Positions 17,691 through 25,567 of a stretch of 64,000 bases of DNA are shown one piece after another. Each line of letters starts with the position of its first letter. Position 1 is the first letter of the stretch. Origin of the DNA: Bacilli bacterium. GTDB lineage: Bacteria; Bacillota_I; Bacilli_A; RFN20; CAG-826. Under the pieces are notes generated by a model. The model worked only from the letters and a program-made list of their open reading frames with translations, did no database searches and had not been told where the DNA came from. The DNA lies in contig JBGUIX010000010.1 in the NCBI GenBank assembly GCA_045113315.1, positions 3,248-67,247 of the forward strand, read 5' to 3'. A program made the position numbers and the translations under genes.

Positions 17691-18842
17691 TTATTTATTC
17701 TTCAACTCGGCGAATTTCTCTCTCATCGTCGGGTTGTTTTTTGTTAATGACTTAATTGATAGATTTTGCACCTTATCATTAGCGATTCTTAAATTCTTTT
17801 CACTACCCACAAGTTCTTTTCTGACTTTTTGTAAGTGATCGATAGTTTTATCAATTTCTTCAATCGCTGTGGTGAAATGATCTTTGGCAAGTTCATAATT
17901 TCTCGCCACTAATTGTTGTTGGTCATTAAGTTCTTGTTCGAAGTTAGTGATATCAATATTTTCATTTCTCACTAACATAAGTTCGTTTTTCGCTTCTGCA
18001 GCATTAAGCGCGGCATTTCTTAATAAAGAAATAATTGGAATAAAGCATTGTGGTCTTACCACATACATCTTCTTATAACGATAGGAAACATCAACAATAC
18101 CAGCGTTATATAATTCGTTATCTGGTTCTAACATAGAAACAAGAACTGCGTATTCACAATTTTTCTCATTTCTATCTTTATCGAGTTCTTTAAAGAAATC
18201 TTCGTTTTTGTGTTTGGTCGCCGTTTCATCATTTTCATTTTTCATCTCAAACATAATGGAGATAAGTTCCGCGCCTTCTTTGGTCTTTTCTCTAAAGATA
18301 AAATCACCTTTAGATCCACTTTTCGCATCGTTATCTTTTTCAAAATAAGCATCAGGGAAAGCTGACATTCTAATTTGATTAAATTGAATCTGGCAGTGTT
18401 GTTCTAAAGTTTCACCCACTAGTTTTGTGGACATTCTCGTTTTTAAATCACGATAATAACTAACTTCTTCTTCCTTTTCTTTGAGCTTTCTAGCTTCCTC
18501 ATTCTTTTGATTTAAAAGGTCATTTTTTAGTTTATCTATTTCGTGATCTTTACTAGAAATCGCTTTTTGAATTTCTAATTCTTTCTCGCTCTCATTTAAT
18601 TTGATTTTGTTCTTTAATTCATCGATTTCTTTTTCAAGATTTCTTTGCTTATCTAAAAGCTCATTTTTGTGTTTTTCTTCCAAAATAGTGAGGTTTTGAC
18701 GGTTTTTTACTTCTTCTAACTCTAAACGACGATGTAATTCTTTTTCGAATTCGACATCGCGAACACTACTAGCGATACTACGATATTGTTCCTCGCTAAC
18801 ACTAAAAACTTTTTGGCAGTGTGGGCATTTAATTTCTGGCAT
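17691..18842 (-). CDS. DUF2130/RmuC-like coiled-coil protein with an N-terminal zinc ribbon and a putative PD-(D/E)xK core
   Basis: N-terminal CPHC. About 120 aa of heptad-rich E/K sequence. Then GDFIF ... ISIMFEMKNE (a D ... E-x-K pattern). Strong RBS AGGAGG. Confidence 0.55.
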   Translation of the reverse strand: MPEIKCPHCQKVFSVSEEQYRSIASSVRDVEFEKELHRRLELEEVKNRQNLTILEEKHKNELLDKQRNLEKEIDELKNKIKLNESEKELEIQKAISSKDHEIDKLKNDLLNQKNEEARKLKEKEEEVSYYRDLKTRMSTKLVGETLEQHCQIQFNQIRMSAFPDAYFEKDNDAKSGSKGDFIFREKTKEGAELISIMFEMKNENDETATKHKNEDFFKELDKDRNEKNCEYAVLVSMLEPDNELYNAGIVDVSYRYKKMYVVRPQCFIPIISLLRNAALNAAEAKNELMLVRNENIDITNFEQELNDQQQLVARNYELAKDHFTTAIEEIDKTIDHLQKVRKELVGSEKNLRIANDKVQNLSIKSLTKNNPTMREKFAELKNK

Positions 18843-18853
18843 AATCTTTCCTC

Positions 18854-19072
18854 CTATCTTGGAAATATATCTTTCTCATTAACATCTTTTATGATCGCTG
18901 GACACTCTCCACCGATTTGGATGTCATAGATAATTTCTCCGTTACTATTTTTTCTCATTTCAAATATGATTCCAGGATCAACATCATCCCTTCTTTTAAA
19001 GGAGACTTTTTGTCCTTTTTTATATGTTGAATTGAAAATAACTTCCGATTTCTTCTTTTTAAATAAACACAT
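18854..19072 (-). CDS. Hypothetical 72-aa protein, first gene of the DUF2130 operon
   Basis: Open frame with coding-like composition, ending 11 nt before the DUF2130 gene. No SD; a palindrome abuts the ATG. Confidence 0.45.
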   Translation of the reverse strand: MCLFKKKKSEVIFNSTYKKGQKVSFKRRDDVDPGIIFEMRKNSNGEIIYDIQIGGECPAIIKDVNEKDIFPR

Positions 19073-19073
19073 C

Positions 19074-19093
19074 TTGTGAATATTTTATCACAA
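19074..19093. promoter_or_regulatory. Rex-like 20-bp palindrome TTGTGAA-N6-ATCACAA overlapping an extended -10 (TGaTAAAAT, minus strand)
   Basis: The sequence is ttgtgaatattttatcacaa, with 7-bp perfect arms CTTGTGA/TCACAAG. It has one mismatch to the Rex consensus TTGTGAAnnnnnnTTCACAA and ends 1 nt from the ATG at 19072. Confidence 0.4.
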
Positions 19094-19263
19094 GAATAAT
19101 CATTGATTTACCACTAATGCAAAATATTAAGATTTTTTATTTTCGTTTGTAGCAATTGTTACAATCGAAATCTTTATAACTATTATTTTTGTTCACTTTA
19201 TTTATAATAAAATTTACCAATTTTTTGTAACAATACTATAATAGTTAAGAAAGGAGAAAACAT

Positions 19264-19887
19264 ATGCAATTTGTTAAAGAACGTATTGGTAAATGGATTC
19301 AAGCCGCTATCATCATTGTCGTCGGTATTTTATGTATCGTCGCAGGTGCTGCTCTTGGAAATAATGATCCAAGTTCTGCTCAAGATGCTATCAATGGCAT
19401 TTCATTAACATTAGGTATCATCTTAATCGTTGTTGGTTCATTGTCATTATTATTAGCCTTCTTAGTAGCTTTCTTAGCAAAGAAAGGATTTGCAGCTGTC
19501 GCTATCCCAGGTGCTATTTTATTAGCTTTTGGTATCAGCTTAGTAGTCGTTAAATACGCTTTCACATTTATCAACTTATTATTAGTCGTCGTTCCATATT
19601 TATTAATCTGTGTCGGCGCAGTCGTCGTCTTAGATGCTATCTTCAACTGTGTCTTCGCTATCTTAGCTAAAAACCTCAAAGGAGTTTTAGTGGGAGTTAT
19701 CGTTGGCTTAGTAGTCGGTGCTGCCGCAATCGTCTTAGGTGCTTTATGCATCGGTGACAAACCAGTTATCGAATATGGCGCACAATTAATCGTCTTCGGT
19801 GTCATCGTTGTCTTAGTGGGATGCTTACAATGTTTATTAACATTTGTGAAACTTCCTGATGCCGTCGTCGTTGTGAGTAAAAAATAA
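19264..19887 (+). CDS. Polytopic membrane protein (internally repeated, DUF308/HdeD-like)
   Basis: 207 aa and almost entirely hydrophobic, with about 6 TM segments. Good RBS AAAGGAGA. TATAAT at 19237-19242. Confidence 0.6.
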   Translation: MQFVKERIGKWIQAAIIIVVGILCIVAGAALGNNDPSSAQDAINGISLTLGIILIVVGSLSLLLAFLVAFLAKKGFAAVAIPGAILLAFGISLVVVKYAFTFINLLLVVVPYLLICVGAVVVLDAIFNCVFAILAKNLKGVLVGVIVGLVVGAAAIVLGALCIGDKPVIEYGAQLIVFGVIVVLVGCLQCLLTFVKLPDAVVVVSKK

Positions 19888-19910
19888 GACACAAATATTA
19901 ATTATAAAAT

Positions 19911-19941
19911 CCCGTAAAAGTTTAGTTTTTACGGGTTTTTA
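19911..19941 (+). terminator. Rho-independent terminator
   Basis: CCCGTAAAA-7 nt loop-TTTTACGGG followed by TTTTT. Confidence 0.7.
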
Positions 19942-19976
19942 TTTATTTTTAAGGTAATTATTAATAGAATTAATTC

Positions 19977-20717
19977 ATGAAATTTATCAATATTCCGAAA
20001 GATAAGTTGAAGAAATATTTAAAAATATTACTTGTTTTAGTAGTTATCGCCGCGATCAGCATTTCTTTATATTTCATCTTAAGAGCGGCTGGTTTAACCG
20101 ATGTTAATAAATTAAAAGGCTGGTTAAAGTCTGTTGGCCCATGGGCTATTATCTGCTACATCCTTTTAAGAGTGGCTTGCACTATATTCTTATCATTTAT
20201 GCCCGCCACTAGCATGATCTTTGATCTACTTTCTATCGCGACATTTGATTATTTAAATCCAATCTATATTTTCTTAATTTGTTTCTTTAGTGTTATTTTG
20301 ACTTCTGTTGTCATGGATTTAATCGGTCGCTTCGGTGGTAATAAAGCCATTGTCAAAATCTTAGGACAAAAAGAATATGATGAAGCAAAAGATCTAGTGC
20401 AAGAAAAAGGAATGGTTTATGTTCCTGTTATGTATCTACTTCCCATCTTCCCAGATGACGCGATATGCATGGTTTCAGGAGCCACAAAGATGAACTTCTG
20501 GGTTCACCTCGCGGAAATAATTTTATGTAGAGGCATAGGATGCGCGACTGTCATATTTGGTGTTCAGATTATTCCAAAAGGTGTATCAAGTTTCACGAGC
20601 ACCAATCCATTAGATTATTTACAAGTTATCTTCTTAATCGTCGCTTATTTAGGTTTATTACTTTATTTAGCGAGACGAGTTGATAAATGGTTAACTGCGA
20701 AATTAAAGAAAAAATAA
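19977..20717 (+). CDS. TVP38/TMEM64 (DedA-related, SNARE-associated) membrane protein
   Basis: 246 aa with multiple TM segments and the family-typical LLPIFPDDAICMVSGATKM. Confidence 0.65.
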   Translation: MKFINIPKDKLKKYLKILLVLVVIAAISISLYFILRAAGLTDVNKLKGWLKSVGPWAIICYILLRVACTIFLSFMPATSMIFDLLSIATFDYLNPIYIFLICFFSVILTSVVMDLIGRFGGNKAIVKILGQKEYDEAKDLVQEKGMVYVPVMYLLPIFPDDAICMVSGATKMNFWVHLAEIILCRGIGCATVIFGVQIIPKGVSSFTSTNPLDYLQVIFLIVAYLGLLLYLARRVDKWLTAKLKKK

Positions 20718-20733
20718 AAGGGTATAAACCCTC

Positions 20734-21702
20734 TTATAAGATTTTAACTCCTTGTTTTAGGAGTTTTTCTTTATATTCATCATCCCAATAAGATGATTGC
20801 ACTTCTCCAATATGTTTCTTTTTTAAATAAAACATACATAATCTAGATTGACCGATACCACCACCGATGGTTAATGGTAATTCATCATTATTAATCATCT
20901 GACAATACGGATTATTTAATTTATCTAATTCACCTTTATATTTTAATTGCTTATATAAAGATTCTTTATTGACTCTAATACCCATCGAAGATAATTCAAT
21001 TGGAGAATCGATAGTCTCATCAAAAAGAATAATATCGCCGTTTAATTTCCAATCATCATAGTCCGCCGCGCGACCATCATGGGGCAATTTATTTTTAAGT
21101 GGCCAGCCTATCTCATAGATAAATACCGCTTTTAAGGCTTTAGAGATTAAATATTCTCTTTCTTTAGGAGTTTTACTAGGATATCTCTTTTCAAGCTCCT
21201 TCGTGGATATTTTCGCTATTTTGTTAGGTAAATCGTATTTAAATCCCCACTTCTTCTCGCTCAGTAAAGAAACTTTATAGATTACAGAATAGATTTGAGA
21301 AACAATTTTAAATAAATATCTTTTATTTCTATCTTCTTGTTTAATAATCTTTTCCCAATCCCATTGGTCAACATAGATAGAATGAAGATTATCCATCTCT
21401 TCATCTTTTCTAATCGCATTCATATCGGTATATAAACCAGTCTCTATTGGGAAATCATATTTTTTTAAAGCATATCTTTTCCATTTCGCTAAAGATTGAA
21501 CTATTTCTAGTTTTTTATCTTTAATGACAAAGCTTACTCTTTCTTCATGTCCGTTAAGTTCATCATTTAAGCCGCTTTCTGCTTCTAAGAATAAAGGTGC
21601 GGACACTCTCACAAGATTTAGTTTTTTCGCTAATATAGTTTCAAATGTATCTTTTAGATATTTAATGGCGATTTGTGTTTCTAATAGTGTTAATTCTTTC
21701 AT
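20734..21702 (-). CDS. asnA: Aspartate--ammonia ligase (asparagine synthetase A)
   Basis: LAKWKRYAL, HSIYVDQWDWEKII, SSMGIRV and IGGGIGQSRLCMF match AsnA throughout. Confidence 0.9.
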   Translation of the reverse strand: MKELTLLETQIAIKYLKDTFETILAKKLNLVRVSAPLFLEAESGLNDELNGHEERVSFVIKDKKLEIVQSLAKWKRYALKKYDFPIETGLYTDMNAIRKDEEMDNLHSIYVDQWDWEKIIKQEDRNKRYLFKIVSQIYSVIYKVSLLSEKKWGFKYDLPNKIAKISTKELEKRYPSKTPKEREYLISKALKAVFIYEIGWPLKNKLPHDGRAADYDDWKLNGDIILFDETIDSPIELSSMGIRVNKESLYKQLKYKGELDKLNNPYCQMINNDELPLTIGGGIGQSRLCMFYLKKKHIGEVQSSYWDDEYKEKLLKQGVKIL

Positions 21703-21729
21703 ATCCCCATAATCATAAAGAAATATATT

Positions 21730-21755
21730 TAAAAGGGCAATAGAAAAGGCCCTGA
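21730..21755 (-). terminator. Weak Rho-independent terminator at the end of the surface-protein operon
   Basis: Minus-strand AGGGC-10 nt loop-GCCCU followed by UUUAAAUAU. Confidence 0.35.
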
Positions 21756-21793
21756 TAAATCAGAGCCAGTTCTTATAAGTTAATAGTTTCTAA

Positions 21794-23112
21794 TTAGTAG
21801 ACACGAACAGCGCTAACATTAGAGAATTCCACACTCTCGTTAGCGTATTTCATATCGAAACTAACGTATAATTTTTCTCCCATTAAGGAAGTATAAAGGC
21901 TACTAGAAGCAACATAAACTTGATTACCTTCAACTTCTTTGGCTTCAAAGCCCATCTTCGCCATGTTATCGCCTAAGCTTAAGCCTTTTTCAATAACGAC
22001 TTCTTCTCCACCTGCGGCATATCCCTTATTGAATTTAACAGAGAATTTTGGAGCAAAAGCGTTATTTTGACTGATATTTTCAAAGTTCAAAATTCCTTCA
22101 AAATGGACTGCACCATCATCCTTAATAGTGAATTTGCTATCATTAAGTGTTGGTATTTCGTTAATTGGTGTATATGTTCCACTTTCAGAATTATAGTCAC
22201 CAACGGTTGTGCTACTTGCTAATTCAACAACAAATGGATTCGCATATTTGGTTTTGAAAGTGTTAATCGCGCCTTCATTAGAGGCTTTCTTACCATATTT
22301 TACTTCCAATATAGTATAGAAGTATCTTTTGCAACCACTCTTTCCTTAGCAAATGGGACATTAAGCGCATCATCATAGTTTGATGTGGTTTCGCTAAATC
22401 TAGTCATTCTTGTGATTTCAAACTTGGAATTGAAGGAGAAAACTGATTGGCTCTTTTCCACTTCTAACTTATCGAATGTTTCATCGCCACGAATAACCGC
22501 GGTGTGGGTTTCGATAATATTAGATTCGACAGTGATATAAGAGTTTTTGCCTTCTTTATAAAATTCCAATTGAGCAAGTCCAAAAGGCTGTACAATACTT
22601 TGCCAAATCATTCTCTTATAGAATTGTTCTTTAACTGCTGGTAATTCAGTTTCAGAGATTGCTTGGAAGTAGGAATGTGGTAATTCTTCATATTGCTCAG
22701 CAACCGTGCCAACCACTTTCTTTTCTTCGTCTAAATAAATGTAGCTATTTTCTTCTTCGACAAAAGAATACTTATATGATGGTTCTTCCACTTTTGTGGT
22801 TTCTTTATTCTTCGTTTCTAAATAGAAACCTTCATATGCCTTACCATCAATTTCAATTGATGTTTCGCTCTTTCTATTTTCGCTTGGAGAACTTAAACGG
22901 TAACCTGTACCTTTCATTTCTTTTAGATCAGCGAGTTTGTTATAAACACCATCTAATAATTTAGCTTTTTCAATACCAGTAACTGGATCACCGCTGAATT
23001 TAAAATCTTCAAATTTGACCTCGCTACTCTTTTTATTTGAACAAGCTGCTAAAGAGAGAGGAAGCAAGATACTAGTAGCTAAAATAATAATTTTCTTTTT
23101 CATTTTATTCAT
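21794..23112 (-). pseudogene. Lipoprotein paralog 1, split by a frameshift near 22300-22310 (ORFs 22300-23112 and 21794-22309)
   Basis: The N-terminal ORF has a lipobox (LSLAAC). The C-terminal ORF starts at TTG, and its frame is open upstream. Together (270+171 aa) they are colinear with the intact 434-aa paralog. The match EVKYGKKASNEGAINTFKTKYA versus TVTYGDKEDGAAKFSAIVSEFY spans the break. Confidence 0.6.
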
Positions 23113-23122
23113 CCTTCTTTCT

Positions 23123-24427
23123 TTACATCATATTGGAGAAATATGGAACAACAGTAACGTTTTCAAAGCTTAATGTGTTCTCGTTAGTTAAAGTAACATC
23201 ATAGGAGACTAAGAAACTGCCGCCTGCTGGCATTGCATCATATGTATAAACAACATATGCTTCTGTTCCTTCACCAATTTTTACTTCAGTAAATCCGAAT
23301 GGTTCTAAAGCATCTTTTAAAGGTAATGTGCCTCTAGCAATATCAACCGTGCCTTGATAACCATTAGGACGATAATTTAAAGAGTTAGTAATTTTAAGAG
23401 CGTTTTGGTCATTAGAACCGCCATATACTCTAATGTCATAGTGACGTTTCACTAAAGATGAATCTTCTCTTCCGATTATATCTCTAGACATTTGACCTTG
23501 TTGTGTAAATGTCTTGGTGTCTTTATCGTAGTAACCTGTTTCAACATCCATACCGGTTGTATCATCAGATAATTGTTTTCCATAGAATTCGCTGACAATC
23601 GCGGAGAATTTAGCCGCACCATCTTCTTTATCACCATAAGTAACAGTCTTTTTCTCAGTGGTTTCTTCAACTACAACTGGTTTATCGATATAGTGCTCAT
23701 AAGAAGGAACGTTACTTTGTTCATCTTTAAACAACGTCCAAGAAACAATCTTGTAAGCTTCATCAATCTTTAAAACTTCTTGTTTACGATCGATATTGAT
23801 TCTTTCTTTGTGATGTTCATTATCACCATATGGTTCAAAGGCATGTTCTTCTTCATATTTTTCATTTATCGCATAATAGAATTTTCCCTCTTTAAAGAGT
23901 TTGCCTTCATCAAAGACATCACCGACATCAGCTAAGAAACGATTATTTAATCCTTCTCTTCTGGCTTTAAGAGCGTCTTCATCTTGAATTTCTTCAACGT
24001 TATTGTAATAACGAGTCGCTTTTCTATAGTCGACAGTGATCATTTTTTCTCCATCGACCCATTCATATTCATCAGTCGTCGCTTTTTCAGTGGTGATAAT
24101 ATGATCTCTTTTTGTGCGAGTTTCAACATTAGAGATTTCGTTTAAGAAATATCCATTATATAAGGTTGTTTCAACTGTGCCTTCAGCATTCATGCAGTTA
24201 TCGTAGTCGTTATAAACATAATCTGTTCTTTCGCTCTTTACACTCTTGATTTGTTTCGCCGCCTCTAAGACTTCAAACATAATACGATCACGTTCAAATC
24301 CGGTGACTTCGGCTTCAAAATTAAATTGTTGGAAAGTAACTTTATTTGTATCTTTTTTCTTATTGGAACAACCAGATAACACTAAAGGTAAGATTAACGC
24401 TGTTCCTAAAATAAATTTCTTATTCAT
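23123..24427 (-). CDS. Lipoprotein paralog 2 (intact, 434 aa)
   Basis: Signal peptide plus lipobox MNKKFILGTALILPLVLSGC. It shares N-terminal and C-terminal motifs with its two neighbours (SYDVTLTNENTLSFENVTVV). Confidence 0.75.
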   Translation of the reverse strand: MNKKFILGTALILPLVLSGCSNKKKDTNKVTFQQFNFEAEVTGFERDRIMFEVLEAAKQIKSVKSERTDYVYNDYDNCMNAEGTVETTLYNGYFLNEISNVETRTKRDHIITTEKATTDEYEWVDGEKMITVDYRKATRYYNNVEEIQDEDALKARREGLNNRFLADVGDVFDEGKLFKEGKFYYAINEKYEEEHAFEPYGDNEHHKERINIDRKQEVLKIDEAYKIVSWTLFKDEQSNVPSYEHYIDKPVVVEETTEKKTVTYGDKEDGAAKFSAIVSEFYGKQLSDDTTGMDVETGYYDKDTKTFTQQGQMSRDIIGREDSSLVKRHYDIRVYGGSNDQNALKITNSLNYRPNGYQGTVDIARGTLPLKDALEPFGFTEVKIGEGTEAYVVYTYDAMPAGGSFLVSYDVTLTNENTLSFENVTVVPYFSNMM

Positions 24428-24445
24428 CTTTATTCTCCTTTCCTA

Positions 24446-25567
24446 TTACATGACTTGGCTAATAAAGGCATCTAAGTTAGAAATAACTACTTCTGTTTGT
24501 GTTATTTCAACATCAAAACTTAAATGTAAATAGCCTTCAATCATTTGGCCTTCTGGTAAATAATAAACGACATCGTGATCAACATAATTATTAACAGAAT
24601 ATCCACTTGGGAGTTTAGCTTGTAAACCTTCAAATTCTTTATCGATTAAACCAACCCATTCATCGGATGGGATAATGTGATCGTGAGTATGACCAGCAAG
24701 ACGTAATGAGAATGCATTAGCTTGATCACTATTATTTAATGGAATAATAGCATCAACATGTCTTTTAGCGAATGTAATGAATTTCATTTCGATGTTATAA
24801 TCTGGAGAGCTTGTGCCGTTATAAGTTTGAGCTTCAGCATTATAAGTACCTAATGTTGTATTTAAGAATAAGTCAGAGAGTTGAACACTATTGTATTCAG
24901 CATTAATTTTCGCTAATTCTTTTGAATTATCTTTTAATTTGCCATATTCAAATTTGGCTTCATTATGATTTTCTTGAAGTTTAATCATCTCTTCTCCTAG
25001 AGGAGGTATTGTTTGAGTATAGTTGGCTTCTCTAAGAAAATCATAGGAAAATTCCGTAACCTTAAATGACTTATTAATAGTCATGGTCATTTGCATTTTG
25101 GTAGAACTTTTTCCCGTTAAAACGTCTTCGCCAAATACCATTGGTGATTCAGATTCATCATAATATCTAGCGACAAAATTATAATTGTCACCTGACTTAT
25201 AGGCTTGAGCATCCGTCATTTGAGTCACAAACAAAGCAGGAATTTCACGATAGAAATTGGTTTTGAGTAATTCAAACTGTCCTTGTTCGTCGGTGTCATA
25301 GAAGTGTCCATCTACATCAATATCTTTATCGTGTTTGTCATTAAGGACTAAAAGGTATTGTTTCTTTTCACTATCGATCCAACGATCTTGAGTATTTTCA
25401 CCTTCTACAACTGAAGTTACACCATTAGTCACATATGTAGTTTTTGTCTCTCCTTCAGAGTGTGAATAATAGTTAGCATAGTTATGGGTGACTTGCTTAG
25501 TTTCCGTTGTACTATTAGCGTTTTTATCAGTAGCCTCAAATGATTTTGTGCTCACAGTAAATTTCAC
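24446..25567 (-). CDS. Lipoprotein paralog 3, lacking signal peptide and lipobox (N-terminally truncated, GTG start overlapping the GH3 stop)
   Basis: Homology to the paralogs continues in frame upstream of the GTG to 25663 (GEELSDKEKADVIWAAYQKLDEV versus GDPVTGIEKAKLLDGVYNKLADL), but no signal sequence exists. C-terminal motif SFDVEITQTEVVISNLDAF. Confidence 0.5.
   Translation of the reverse strand: MKFTVSTKSFEATDKNANSTTETKQVTHNYANYYSHSEGETKTTYVTNGVTSVVEGENTQDRWIDSEKKQYLLVLNDKHDKDIDVDGHFYDTDEQGQFELLKTNFYREIPALFVTQMTDAQAYKSGDNYNFVARYYDESESPMVFGEDVLTGKSSTKMQMTMTINKSFKVTEFSYDFLREANYTQTIPPLGEEMIKLQENHNEAKFEYGKLKDNSKELAKINAEYNSVQLSDLFLNTTLGTYNAEAQTYNGTSSPDYNIEMKFITFAKRHVDAIIPLNNSDQANAFSLRLAGHTHDHIIPSDEWVGLIDKEFEGLQAKLPSGYSVNNYVDHDVVYYLPEGQMIEGYLHLSFDVEITQTEVVISNLDAFISQVM

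Noticed and set aside
19380-19892. 170-aa ORF antisense to the 207-aa membrane protein gene
   Set aside because: It has T/K/P-rich low-complexity translation and no RBS. It is the mirror image of a strongly hydrophobic, RBS-preceded gene, so it is a shadow ORF.
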